64,000 nucleotides of DNA from the NCBI GenBank assembly GCA_965226555.1, contig CBDDDG010000014.1, positions 201,236-265,235 of the forward strand, read 5' to 3'. This document shows positions 29,495 to 39,546 of the stretch, in pieces. The stretch comes from Salinispira sp. GTDB lineage: Bacteria > Spirochaetota > Spirochaetia > DSM-27196 > Salinispiraceae. The notes below the pieces were generated by a model, which saw only the letters and a program-made list of their open reading frames with translations, ran no database searches and was not told where the DNA came from. The position numbers were made by a program, and so were the translations under genes. Position 1 is the first letter of the stretch. Every line of letters starts with the position of its first letter.

Positions 29495-31317
29495 TTGCCG
29501 ATAATCTCCCGCCGTGTAATGAGCACATCGGCTTTAATGAGTTCTCCATCTTCTCCAATGTCCTTTCGCAATGTTGTGATCTTTTCCTGCGCCTTCGCAA
29601 CATCACCATTCTGAATGAGTTTAAAAATATCTTTGATCTCCTTATCAATTTTTTGGGGGCGGGCGGTTTCATCCATAATATCTTCGAGTATGCGATCGGA
29701 GTTTTTTCCATAGGAGTCATTTACAGAATGATTGGTAATTTCTCCGTTCTCATTTTTCAGCACAATAATTGATTTTTCCTTTATGTGGCTGATTACCTGA
29801 GGAGAATGAGATGAAAGAATGAACTGACAGTTCGGAAACACTTTTGGAATTTGCTCCATCACACGGCGCTGCCATTTTGGGTGTAGGTGCAGGTCAATTT
29901 CATCAATAATAACAATGCCCGGTTCATTTAAGGGGGCATCGGAATGCGGATTTCCGATTATTAAACGCCGTGCAATATCTCCAATGAGAGCAATTAAATT
30001 TTTCTCTCCGTCAGAAAGTTGCTCAAGGTCAAATTCTTTGCCGTTTTTATCGACCAGCATTTGCGTGAAACCAGGTTCAGTTCTGTTTATTCTGATATTT
30101 GTATATTCGGGGATAAATTTTTCAATTGCCTGAGAGATGTATTTCAGATTTTGTACAAATTCATTTTGTGCAGTGACATGTCTGGGAATTTCCTTTTTAA
30201 GAATGCGGTCTACTATAGCAATGATCTGATGCTTGAATTCATGATTCGGAGATTCAAAAACAGTAAAAAGTTCCTTTCTGAGCTCGGAATGAGCATCATC
30301 ACTCAGCCACCATAAACCAATATCAAAAGCAAAAATAAACACTAACCGCATAATGTCAAATATTTTTTTATCTTTGATTTTTCTTTGTAATTGAATAGAG
30401 AAAACACGGTCAAGAATTTCGGGTAGATTGTCACGTAAGTCTTGCCCTTCACGTGATAGTATGTCTATTGTACGAAGCATAGAATTAAGTTCATTCGACA
30501 TTGCTCTGATGCTCATTGATTCAATTTCGCTGATATCAAGAGATTGAATCACATCACTCAGTTCTCGAAAAAAAAGTCTGGGTTCATGAGCAAGGATATT
30601 AACCGATCTCATAGCTCTCATTTGTAATTTACGTTTATTTTTTTCTGCATGAGATCTGAATTTTTCAATTTCATCATAGATTTCAGAAATTCTTTGCCGC
30701 AATTGTGGATCATGGTTTTCAATCCAGCGGGTACGTGCCATTGCTTCGTGGTTGATAAAATCATTCTGTTCTTTAAACCACTTAAAAAAATTGTGGTAAT
30801 TGGGTTTTCCTTCCAGTGCATTGTCATACACATCAAGGTTTTCACTATATTCGGTACGCATAAAAATTGATGCATCGCTTGTTGCAACCACACGATTTAC
30901 AGAATAAAAAACAATCAGCGGCAAAGATTTTTTCTCCATGTATTTTTGTTTCAATTGTTCGGAGAGAAGGGTTAACTTATCTTGATGCTGATCAGTTAAG
31001 GAGTTGTGACCGGGACGTGTTCGTTCAATGCTCCATGAAAATTTTTTACTTCCGTATTTTACATTAATTTGAATGCTGCACTGTTCTTTATGTGTATGTA
31101 TGTCTGCAACCTGAATAATATCTTCACTGCTTTTTGAGTTATGAATTTTTCGAAGTAATGCAATAAGAGTATATGTAATTGCCTGAAGCACAGTCGATTT
31201 TCCAGCCCCGTTTATTCCCACAACTAAATTCATTTTGGGATGTAAATTGATGGCAAGGTTTTTTATGCCCCTGAAATTATGACAATCAACTTTTGTTACA
31301 TGCATATTGTTTTCCAT
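29491..31317 (-). CDS. PtuA/Septu-like ABC ATPase
   Basis: NFRG, GINGAGKST, LSDGEK, IDEIDLHLHP and SSHSP motifs. Confidence 0.9.
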   Translation of the reverse strand: MENNMHVTKVDCHNFRGIKNLAINLHPKMNLVVGINGAGKSTVLQAITYTLIALLRKIHNSKSSEDIIQVADIHTHKEQCSIQINVKYGSKKFSWSIERTRPGHNSLTDQHQDKLTLLSEQLKQKYMEKKSLPLIVFYSVNRVVATSDASIFMRTEYSENLDVYDNALEGKPNYHNFFKWFKEQNDFINHEAMARTRWIENHDPQLRQRISEIYDEIEKFRSHAEKNKRKLQMRAMRSVNILAHEPRLFFRELSDVIQSLDISEIESMSIRAMSNELNSMLRTIDILSREGQDLRDNLPEILDRVFSIQLQRKIKDKKIFDIMRLVFIFAFDIGLWWLSDDAHSELRKELFTVFESPNHEFKHQIIAIVDRILKKEIPRHVTAQNEFVQNLKYISQAIEKFIPEYTNIRINRTEPGFTQMLVDKNGKEFDLEQLSDGEKNLIALIGDIARRLIIGNPHSDAPLNEPGIVIIDEIDLHLHPKWQRRVMEQIPKVFPNCQFILSSHSPQVISHIKEKSIIVLKNENGEITNHSVNDSYGKNSDRILEDIMDETARPQKIDKEIKDIFKLIQNGDVAKAQEKITTLRKDIGEDGELIKADVLITRREIIGK

Positions 31318-31323
31318 TATCCC

Positions 31324-31659
31324 TTAAAAATCCTTTGTGTCTAAAAAAGATTTTCCTGTTTGAGACGCATTTCTCCATACTCTTTCAATGACCTCAGGTA
31401 AGGACATTATCTGAGGAAAAATCAAATTATAAAAATGTGAATGGTCCATTAAAATCATTGGAGTTCTATCTGCTGAAGCAATTTCTTTTGCATTTCCGGT
31501 GAAACCAGAAATTGACACCATTATACCCATTGTATTATCAGCTTTGCGCTTTATTTTACTCATAAAGCTATCAATGTCATCAGGGGCTACAGGTTTTTGA
31601 GTAAATTTTGTTTCTATCAAAAATGTAGTTCCATCTAATGTAATAGAATTACCGATCAT
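31324..31659 (-). pseudogene. Mrr_cat-like endonuclease remnant
   Basis: LIETKF...GIMVSISGFT...ILMD; the N-terminal part, including the expected ID/VD motif, is missing; ATGA-coupled to hsdS. Confidence 0.6.
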
Positions 31660-32876
31660 TGAGTATCTCCTTCAATTAGAGAGCGATTCAATAAAAACTT
31701 CTGAAGAATTAGCCTTTTTTTTCGAGTGTATCTTTGAGCCTGTTTTTTCAAATTATCTAAGATTTCATGTAAATGATCAAGAACAATGTAGATTTTGTTT
31801 TGTTCCTCCAACGAAGGACGGTAGATTTTTATTGTTTTGTAAGCATCGCTTGATAGTCCAAAACGCGTTATTCCTTGCGCATATGGGGCAAAATCATGCC
31901 GCGCTTTTGACGAGCTCAGCACATACGATAAATATTTTCCAGAAACAGTCTTATTGGGACGTAAAATCGCTAAATGATATCCACATACAAGATCAGGAAT
32001 GTCCTCTGCAATAAAAGTTGGCACTCCAATATCATCAGGAGTTTCAGAGTCTTTTGTGATAACAACATCGCCCCTGTAAAGAGAAAATTTATTAATTTCA
32101 TTTTGGCTTGCAGAAGCACGCATAAAATCAATTTCACTAGTGATTTCTCTATTATTATATGCATCCATATAGTTGCATAGTTTTACACTGGATTCTCCTT
32201 TTTTAGTTTTTTTGTCAACAGGAGAATTCACAATAGTAGCAATTTGCGAAAGAGTAACCTTTTGTTTGTCAGTATCTATATGGTAAGTTTTCTTCTGAAG
32301 TATCAGTCTCGACAAAAACTCCCCATTTTGTATTAGTGCTTCATTTTTAAGCGATATCAGTTCCATCTTCTCCAGCACTCTAAGAATCTCTTGCTGGCGT
32401 TTTATTGGGGGCAGGGGGAATTCATATTTTGCAATATCTCCCCAGTTTATATACGGATTTGTAGAGCCTTTGGAGTTTAGTACAGAATGATTTGTAAAAT
32501 CTTCAGAAAGCATTATGAATGGTAGTAAGCCGGGCACAAGTATGTTGGGTTTTTGAGGATCAATAACAAACGTTGTGTTTGCTGTGATTCCATCAAAATT
32601 AGCAACCGCCACCTTTTTTAAATATGTACGCCGCGATCCATAAAGAATTTGCCCCTTACGGAATATTCGATGGAATGCAGGTCCAACATAATGATCACCA
32701 AACTCTCCCCAACGCATAATTCTTAAGTTTTCGGTGTCCATATGTCCACCTTCAACATAGCGTTCAAATGGATTATTTTCTCTATCTACCGAATCTTTAC
32801 ATTGTTTGGCTATCTCCCCAAACCGAACGATCTGCCAGCCGTCTTTCATCTGTTTTTCTGAAAGTTTTATTGCCAC
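31656..32876 (-). CDS. hsdS: Type I R-M specificity subunit
   Basis: GW...FGE start; two TRDs with PLPPIKRQ and PSLEEQ conserved regions. Confidence 0.92.
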   Translation of the reverse strand: MAIKLSEKQMKDGWQIVRFGEIAKQCKDSVDRENNPFERYVEGGHMDTENLRIMRWGEFGDHYVGPAFHRIFRKGQILYGSRRTYLKKVAVANFDGITANTTFVIDPQKPNILVPGLLPFIMLSEDFTNHSVLNSKGSTNPYINWGDIAKYEFPLPPIKRQQEILRVLEKMELISLKNEALIQNGEFLSRLILQKKTYHIDTDKQKVTLSQIATIVNSPVDKKTKKGESSVKLCNYMDAYNNREITSEIDFMRASASQNEINKFSLYRGDVVITKDSETPDDIGVPTFIAEDIPDLVCGYHLAILRPNKTVSGKYLSYVLSSSKARHDFAPYAQGITRFGLSSDAYKTIKIYRPSLEEQNKIYIVLDHLHEILDNLKKQAQRYTRKKRLILQKFLLNRSLIEGDTQ

Positions 32877-32877
32877 A

Positions 32878-33927
32878 TTACACCTGCGATTCTGCTAACC
32901 AGCCTTTTTCCGCCAAGACCTTATAGGCCAGTTCAATTTGCCGGGGACTGAATTGTTTTTTACGCTCATTCCATTGGTGAACCTTCTGTACAACTTCTGC
33001 GGTGGACGCAGCATTTTCCTTGGTGGCAACCCAGTGAACGGTGGCAAGGAGCTCCAATCCGAAAGGAGATTCAAACCCTTCAATTAATTCGGACACCTTG
33101 TCGAAATTCCGTTTTGTTTGCGTATGTTTCTTCAGAAATCTTGAAGCTTTCTCATAGGCGCCGGGAAGCAACTTTAGTTCTTTGTCCGGTCTATCTCCGC
33201 CATCGGCATAACCTGTCAGCAAATGCCCCTCAACAGCATTCAGAACATGACGCAGATTTTCCGCATAGGGACCATAAATTTTTTTTTGATATTTCAGGTT
33301 GAGCCGTTCACCTCCCTCCTGAAGAAAATACATGAATTTGTGCACTTCAAGCAGTGAAACAAATGGATATAATAAATCGGCAAGGTAACGGTGCATCAGC
33401 TCAACCAAAACGGCTCGCCCAGGTGTCATGTTTGGAACACGAGAAGCTTTAACCATTTTTTCAGCTTCCGGATTCTCTGGGGGTTCAAACACAATAATTG
33501 TTACATTCGGTAATTGCGAAAGGGTATGCTCAATACGGGCGCGGACTTCAGCCCAAACAAGCCCGCCCAGACCGCTTCCGAGAGAGGGAAGAGCTATGGA
33601 TGCAATGTTATTCTTCGTAATTACCTCCACAAGGTCCTGAAGTCCCGACTCAATATCTTCCATGCGGCTGGCAGCGCGCCAGTGCCGCTTTGTTGGAAAG
33701 TTTATGACATATTTCGGATTGATGAGAGAATCTGTTTTATAAACAAACATTTTACCGGGTACAACTTCTTTTTTTTCGCACGCTTCCTCGTACGCTCTAA
33801 AGTTCTGAGGAAATTGTTTTTTGAACTGCAACGCAATGCCCCTGCCCATAACACCAACACAGTTCACGGTATTGACAAGCGCTTCCGTTTCTTCTTTGAA
33901 AATGTCGCCTGTTTTGTGCCTAATCAT
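32878..33927 (-). CDS. darG: Macrodomain ADP-ribosylglycohydrolase DarG
   Basis: GDIF...VNTVNCVGVMGRGIA, NFPTKRHW, SIALPSLGSGLGG, YGPY and ELLATVHW motifs. Confidence 0.9.
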   Translation of the reverse strand: MIRHKTGDIFKEETEALVNTVNCVGVMGRGIALQFKKQFPQNFRAYEEACEKKEVVPGKMFVYKTDSLINPKYVINFPTKRHWRAASRMEDIESGLQDLVEVITKNNIASIALPSLGSGLGGLVWAEVRARIEHTLSQLPNVTIIVFEPPENPEAEKMVKASRVPNMTPGRAVLVELMHRYLADLLYPFVSLLEVHKFMYFLQEGGERLNLKYQKKIYGPYAENLRHVLNAVEGHLLTGYADGGDRPDKELKLLPGAYEKASRFLKKHTQTKRNFDKVSELIEGFESPFGLELLATVHWVATKENAASTAEVVQKVHQWNERKKQFSPRQIELAYKVLAEKGWLAESQV

Positions 33928-33940
33928 ACCTACATCCTCC

Positions 33941-33994
33941 TTAATAATACCATTCCGGCCTAATTCTTACAGGAGGGCGAGTCGAAATACTCAC
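33941..33994 (-). pseudogene. 17-codon remnant of darT (MSISTRPPVRIRPEWYY)
   Basis: GTGA-coupled to hsdM; directly upstream of darG; ends in the DarT-type V-x-I-x-P-x-W-Y-Y tail. Confidence 0.65.
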
Positions 33995-35469
33995 ACCTCA
34001 ATACCAATATCAGCAAGCGCTGCGAAAAGCTGCCCGGTGTGCTTTTTGAGACGGGCGCGGCCGACCTGCCAATCTTCAATGAGCGACTCCAGATTCTGGG
34101 CATTCGCATGCGCGCTGCCGCGCACATAGAGCGGTATGGAAAGATTATGCGTGTTTTCCCGAATTTCATCAACATTCCGCAGGCTCGCTATGTCCTTATG
34201 TTTTTCCGGCTCAGAATAGGCTGCCGCCAATGTATGCAGGTTTTTGTCGCTCAGAAAACTGAATGCCCGTTCCCGCGTCACTTCCTTAACGCCGTTTATG
34301 AACAGAATTTTCTTTTTTCGCTCCTTGGGCTTGTTCGCGCGGAGAATGATAATACATGATTCCATGGGAGAGTTGTAAAACAGGTGTGGACCCAGACCAA
34401 TGATCGCCTCAATTATGTCGGACTCAATAATTTTTGCGCGAATGTTCTGTTCAGAATCTCTGAACAAAACGCCGTGGGGCCACAGCATGGCTGCTCTGCC
34501 GGTTCGGGGATTCAGGCTTTTGATAATGTGCTGGAAAAACGCGTAGTCGGCGCAGCCCTGAGGCGGCGCGCCGAATTCATTGCGTCCGAAGGGGTCGGCG
34601 CTGAATGCGCTTCTATTCCACTTTTTCATTGAATAGGGCGGATTCGCAAAAATAACATCAAACTGTTTCAGGCGGTCGTATTCGAGAAACTTCGGTTCCG
34701 CGAGCGTGTCCCCGCGTTGAATATCGAAGTCCTCAATATCGTGGAGGAACATATTCATTCGAGCAATGGCACTGGTCAGCAGGTTCACTTCCTGTCCGAA
34801 CAGTTGTACCGCGCGCCATTCCTTGCCGTTGCGGCGCAGGTCCATGAGCGCATTGAGAAGCATTCCGCCGGTGCCGCATGTCGGATCGTAGGCGCTTTCG
34901 CCCGGTTTCAGTTCCATAATTCTTGTCATGAGGTGTACAACCGTTCTGTTGGTGTAAAATTCCGCGGCGGTATGACCGGAGTCATCGGCAAATTTTTTAA
35001 TGAGATATTCATAGGCAGCCCCAAGGTCGTCCTGAGTAACTGCGGTAATGCCCAGAGGAATTTTGCTGAAATGTTCCGCCAGCGATGCCAGCAGATGATC
35101 CGGCAGCCGTTCTTTGTTTGTCCAGCCCGCATCGCCGAATACGCCGTAGAGACGGGGGTTGGTTTTCTCAATAGTCCGAAGCGCTTTTTGTATAAAGGCG
35201 CCAATGTTGGTCATTGTTTCGCGAAGTATGTTCCAGCGCGCGGATTCAGGAATGACAAAACGGTGCTGATCGGGCAGGGCAGCGAAGCCCTTATCGCCAT
35301 CTGAAAAAGTAAGGGCAATGTCGTACTCATCGTTGTAGACATCGGATAATCTTTTATAGAACAGCAACGGGAAAATGTACTGCTTGTAATCGGCAGCATC
35401 AATTTGCCCACGTAAGAATTCTGCGGCGCCCCAGAGCATGCTTTCCAGTTGTTGTTGCGAAAGGCTCAT
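33991..35469 (-). CDS. hsdM: Type I R-M methyltransferase subunit, NPPY (m4C type)
   Basis: LESMLWGAA, YDPTCGTGG and ANPPY motifs; start MSLSQQQ at 35469. Confidence 0.92.
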   Translation of the reverse strand: MSLSQQQLESMLWGAAEFLRGQIDAADYKQYIFPLLFYKRLSDVYNDEYDIALTFSDGDKGFAALPDQHRFVIPESARWNILRETMTNIGAFIQKALRTIEKTNPRLYGVFGDAGWTNKERLPDHLLASLAEHFSKIPLGITAVTQDDLGAAYEYLIKKFADDSGHTAAEFYTNRTVVHLMTRIMELKPGESAYDPTCGTGGMLLNALMDLRRNGKEWRAVQLFGQEVNLLTSAIARMNMFLHDIEDFDIQRGDTLAEPKFLEYDRLKQFDVIFANPPYSMKKWNRSAFSADPFGRNEFGAPPQGCADYAFFQHIIKSLNPRTGRAAMLWPHGVLFRDSEQNIRAKIIESDIIEAIIGLGPHLFYNSPMESCIIILRANKPKERKKKILFINGVKEVTRERAFSFLSDKNLHTLAAAYSEPEKHKDIASLRNVDEIRENTHNLSIPLYVRGSAHANAQNLESLIEDWQVGRARLKKHTGQLFAALADIGIEV

Positions 35470-35503
35470 AGCGCAAAGCCCTCCCCTTGTTGTTGCGAAA
35501 GGC

Positions 35504-37003
35504 TCATAGCGCAAAGCCCTCCCCTTCGAGCAACAGTTCCAGTTCATTTTCCGCAGCCTCAAGTTCGGTCAGTTTGCGCGTAAAATGACGGAGGGCTTCT
35601 TCTACGGTTATTTTTTCTTCTTCGAGCGGTTTTTGAACGTACCGGGCAATGTTCAGGTTAAAATGCTGTTCTTCGAGCTCGGCATATTCGACCCAGCGGG
35701 TACGTCCCTCCGCATTAAAAGGGCTCTGTTTTTGTTTCTCATAGAGCCGGTAAATTTCAGCGGCCTGCTCCGCGCTCATGGTGTTTTGGGCGCGGCCTCT
35801 GGTATACATTTCATTTGCATTAATAAACAGCACGGGCGCCTTCGCTCTGGCTGACTTTCTCAAAATGAGAATGGCGGCTGGAATGCCTGTTCCATAGAAT
35901 AAATTGCCTGCCAGTCCAATGACCGCTTCAATGGCACCAATGACAAGAAGGTTTTTTCGAATTTTTGCTTCCGCGTCAGCTCTGAAGAGCACCCCATGGG
36001 GCAGAACAACCGCCATTCGGCCGCTGCCTTCTTTCATAGATGTGTACATGTGCATAATCCATGCGAAATCGCCATTGTTCTTCGGCGCAAGACCGAAGAT
36101 ATGCCTGTTAAAGGAATCGGAAGACCAGGTGTCATGCCCCCATTCCTTCAGGCTGAAGGGCGGATTCGCAATGACACAGTCAAACTGTTCCAGACGGTCA
36201 TGAGTCAAAAACTGCGGGTCTCTCAAGGTATCTCCGCGGCGTATATCAAAATCTTCCATACCATGGAGATAGAGATTCATTCGGGCAATTGCTTCTGTGG
36301 TCAAATTCTTTTCCTGTCCCTTAAGTTTCAGCAGACGGGGATCGCCGCCGCGTTCACGCGCATGGTGAACGGTTTCCAGGAGCATTCCGCCGGTGCCGCA
36401 GGCAGGGTCATACACGGTTTCGCCGGGCTGCGGATTCAGTATCTGCACCATTAATCGGACAATGGAGCGCGGCGTATAAAATTCGCCGGCTTTTTTGTTG
36501 GATTTGTCCGCAAATCGTTTAATGAGATATTCATAGGCTCTGCCCATGTCATCGTCGCGAACATGACCGACACCAAGCCGTATTTTATTGAAATGGTTCA
36601 GGAGTTGGATGAGCAGATGATCCGGCAGTCGTTCTTTGTTTGTCCATGGCGCGTCACCGAAAATGCCATAGAGACGATCATTCGCCTTTTCGATTCCATG
36701 AAAAGCAGCCTTCAGCGCTTTACCGGCATCGCGGGTTGCGGCGCATACATCGTTCCAATGGCAAGCATCGGGCACCTCCATGCGGTGCTGCTCCGGCGCC
36801 TTTGCCAGTTCTTCATCGCCGTAATACGCCATGGCTTTTTCAAATTCTTCATCGTAAACATCGCACACTCGCTTAAAAAAGAGTATGGGAAAAATGTAGG
36901 TCTTGTAGTCGGAGGCATCGATAGGTCCTGTTATAATATGCGCAGCTTCCCATAAATGACGCTCAAGCTCATTAAGCGACAGCGCGCTTTCCGCATTATT
37001 CAT
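35504..37003 (-). CDS. hsdM: Type I R-M methyltransferase subunit, NPPF (m6A type)
   Basis: LERHLWEAA, GEFYTP, YDPACGTGG and ANPPF motifs. Confidence 0.93.
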   Translation of the reverse strand: MNNAESALSLNELERHLWEAAHIITGPIDASDYKTYIFPILFFKRVCDVYDEEFEKAMAYYGDEELAKAPEQHRMEVPDACHWNDVCAATRDAGKALKAAFHGIEKANDRLYGIFGDAPWTNKERLPDHLLIQLLNHFNKIRLGVGHVRDDDMGRAYEYLIKRFADKSNKKAGEFYTPRSIVRLMVQILNPQPGETVYDPACGTGGMLLETVHHARERGGDPRLLKLKGQEKNLTTEAIARMNLYLHGMEDFDIRRGDTLRDPQFLTHDRLEQFDCVIANPPFSLKEWGHDTWSSDSFNRHIFGLAPKNNGDFAWIMHMYTSMKEGSGRMAVVLPHGVLFRADAEAKIRKNLLVIGAIEAVIGLAGNLFYGTGIPAAILILRKSARAKAPVLFINANEMYTRGRAQNTMSAEQAAEIYRLYEKQKQSPFNAEGRTRWVEYAELEEQHFNLNIARYVQKPLEEEKITVEEALRHFTRKLTELEAAENELELLLEGEGFAL

Positions 37004-37134
37004 GTCCGTACCATTATGCGCTCATTTCCTCTGCGTTCCAAGCCCATCATCAATCTCCCGCGCCCCCATCACCGCCCATCATCAATCTCCCGCGCCTCCG
37101 CGCCCCCATCACTCAATCATCAATCAATAGTCGA

Positions 37135-37164
37135 TTGACATCAGCATATAATATAATGCATAAT
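37135..37164 (+). promoter_or_regulatory. Sigma70-like promoter of leuCD
   Basis: TTGACA-N18-CATAAT. Confidence 0.45.
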
Positions 37165-37201
37165 CATACCCTCATGTGAGTACCGAGTACCGGGGAGGAA
37201 G

Positions 37202-38626
37202 ATGACGATGGCAGAAAGAACGCTCTATAACAAGGTCTGGAATGCGCACAAAGTTGCCGATTTGCCAACTGGCCAGACGCAGCTATTTATTGCGCTTCAC
37301 ATGGTGCATGAGGTTACCAGCCCCCAGGCCTTCAGTATGCTCAGGGAGCGGGGGCTGAGGGTTGCGTACCCCGATCGGACATTTGCGACCATGGATCATA
37401 TTGTGCCGACGCATACGCATGCGCGTCCCTTCGGCGATGCTCAGGCGGAGAGCATGATGAAGGCAATTGAAAAGAACAGCGCCGATTTCGGCATACATTT
37501 TTTTAATTTTGACAGCGGCAGGCAGGGAATTGTTCATGTTGTTGGTCCTGAGCTCGGGCTCACGCGCCCGGGAATGACCATTGCCTGCGGCGATTCTCAT
37601 ACCTCAACGCATGGGGCCTTTGGAAGCCTTGCTTTTGGTATTGGAACAAGCCAAGTGAGAGATGTGCTTGCGACACAGTGTCTGGCTATGGACAGCATGA
37701 AGGTTCGAAAAATTGAGGTTAACGGATGCCTTGCCGAGGGAGTTACGCCCAAGGATGTTATTCTGTACATTATTAATCGGCTGGGGGTAAAGGGCGGTAT
37801 CGGTTATGTTTATGAATACTCAGGCGATGTATTCCGCGATATGAGCATGGAAGGCCGTATGACCGTCTGCAATATGTCAATTGAAGGAGGCGCGCGGGCA
37901 GGCTATGTGAACCCCGATGAAACGACCTTTGCCTACATCAAGGGGCGTGAGTACAGCCCCGGTAACAATGACCCCGCCGCATGGGAGGCAGCCTGTAATG
38001 AATGGAAATTGTTTGCCTCCGATCCCGATGCAGTATACGATGATCTCGTTCAATTCGATGCTGCCGACATTCGCCCCATGATTACCTGGGGTGTTACCCC
38101 CGGGCAGAGCATTGGTATTGGTCAACTTCTTCCGTATCCTGATGATATGGATGAAGCCGAACAGCAATCGGCAGAGCTTGCCTATTCCCATATGAAGCTC
38201 CATCCCGGGCAGCGTATAGAAGATGTTACTATTAATGTTGCCTTTATCGGAAGCTGCACAAACGGAAGAATTGAAGATCTGCGTGCTGCTGCGGCAGTTC
38301 TCAAGGGAAAAAAGGTCCATTCTGATGTGCATGCCTTTGTTGTTCCCGGTTCCATGCAGGTACGGAAGCGGGCAATGGAGGAGGGGCTCGACCGGATTTT
38401 TACCGAAGCGGGTTTTGAATGGCGGGAAGCGGGTTGTTCCATGTGTCTGGCCATGAATCCTGATCAGCTCAAGGGAGATCAGATATCTGCCAGCTCTTCA
38501 AATAGAAATTTTATTGGGCGTCAGGGGAGTCCGACCGGACGGACCCTGCTGATGTCGCCTGTTATGGTTGCTGTTGCGGCAATTAATGGCAGAGTTACGG
38601 ATATTCGGCCGCTGAAATCGGCATGA
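37202..38626 (+). CDS. leuC: 3-isopropylmalate dehydratase large subunit
   Basis: [24 protein letters not shown] and CSMCLAMN motifs. Confidence 0.97.
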   Translation: MTMAERTLYNKVWNAHKVADLPTGQTQLFIALHMVHEVTSPQAFSMLRERGLRVAYPDRTFATMDHIVPTHTHARPFGDAQAESMMKAIEKNSADFGIHFFNFDSGRQGIVHVVGPELGLTRPGMTIACGDSHTSTHGAFGSLAFGIGTSQVRDVLATQCLAMDSMKVRKIEVNGCLAEGVTPKDVILYIINRLGVKGGIGYVYEYSGDVFRDMSMEGRMTVCNMSIEGGARAGYVNPDETTFAYIKGREYSPGNNDPAAWEAACNEWKLFASDPDAVYDDLVQFDAADIRPMITWGVTPGQSIGIGQLLPYPDDMDEAEQQSAELAYSHMKLHPGQRIEDVTINVAFIGSCTNGRIEDLRAAAAVLKGKKVHSDVHAFVVPGSMQVRKRAMEEGLDRIFTEAGFEWREAGCSMCLAMNPDQLKGDQISASSSNRNFIGRQGSPTGRTLLMSPVMVAVAAINGRVTDIRPLKSA

Positions 38627-38689
38627 AGCCGGGCGCCGAAGTCGAGTTGAAATCGGCATGAAGGTATGGCGAGGAGATGGTGAGGTGAT

Positions 38690-39298
38690 ATGGAGAAAAT
38701 CAGCCGTATAGGCGGTAAAGCGATCCCTGTGAGGGGAAATGATATTGATACTGATCGGATTATTCCCGCGCGTTTTCTGAAGGAAATTACCTTTGGCCGT
38801 ATGGGCGAATATCCTTTTTATGATGAGCGTTTTGATAGCGCTGGTAACATGAAAGACCATCCCTTTAACCGAGAGGAATATCAGGGGGCTTCCATACTTC
38901 TGGCCAATGCTAATTTCGGTTGTGGAAGTTCTCGGGAGCATGCGCCGCAAAGTCTTATTCGCTGGGGAATTAAGGCGGTGGTTGCCGAAAGTTTTGCCGA
39001 AATTTTTGCGGGTAATTGTACCATGCTGGGAACTCCGACAGTATGCGCTTCGGCAGCCGATGCGGAGGTTCTGCAGAAGATCGCCGAAGAAAAACCCGAG
39101 ACAGTATTCACCCTTGATCTTGAAGCGGGAGTATTACACGCAGGCAAACTGCGCGTGAGTGTATCTATGCCGGAAAGCAGAAAACGGGCATTTCTTGAAG
39201 GCACCTGGGATAGTACTTCCCTTCTTATGGCGCACGCCGAAGAGGTGAGGGAGCTGGCTGCCCGGTTGCCGGATCCTATACGAGGCGAGCGGAGCTGA
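38690..39298 (+). CDS. leuD: 3-isopropylmalate dehydratase small subunit
   Basis: DIDTDRIIP and NFGCGSSREHA motifs. Confidence 0.97.
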   Translation: MEKISRIGGKAIPVRGNDIDTDRIIPARFLKEITFGRMGEYPFYDERFDSAGNMKDHPFNREEYQGASILLANANFGCGSSREHAPQSLIRWGIKAVVAESFAEIFAGNCTMLGTPTVCASAADAEVLQKIAEEKPETVFTLDLEAGVLHAGKLRVSVSMPESRKRAFLEGTWDSTSLLMAHAEEVRELAARLPDPIRGERS

Positions 39299-39299
39299 A

Positions 39300-39460
39300 A
39301 CCGTCAACTCTTTCCGGTTCAGACTCAACATCGCCTGCGTCAGCATCAGCATCGCCTGTTATATCGACAATATCCCGTAAGTCCCCACCCAGATCGTCTG
39401 AAAAACTGGGGATATCGCAGGACATGATTACGATGAATAAAGAAATGATTAAAGCACATA
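39300..39460 (-). pseudogene. 5' fragment of a paralog of the 39547..40404 lipoprotein
   Basis: Aligns by eye with 40195-40385. Confidence 0.7.
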
Positions 39461-39493
39461 AAAAAAGCCGAAAGATATTACATCTTTCGGCTT
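39460..39493 (-). terminator. Rho-independent terminator
   Basis: AAGCCGAAAGAT-N5-ATCTTTCGGCTT with a T run on the minus strand. Confidence 0.7.
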
Positions 39494-39546
39494 AATTCGG
39501 CTTCTGCCTTCAGATGAAGACTGAACACGAAAAGTATTCGTATAGA

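Noticed and set aside
27092..31317. Retron (Ec78-type PtuAB)
   Set aside because: No reverse transcriptase, and no room for msr-msd in the operon
37043..37125. Leucine attenuator upstream of leuC
   Set aside because: Only a short imperfect tandem repeat upstream of the promoter; no Leu-rich leader peptide or terminator
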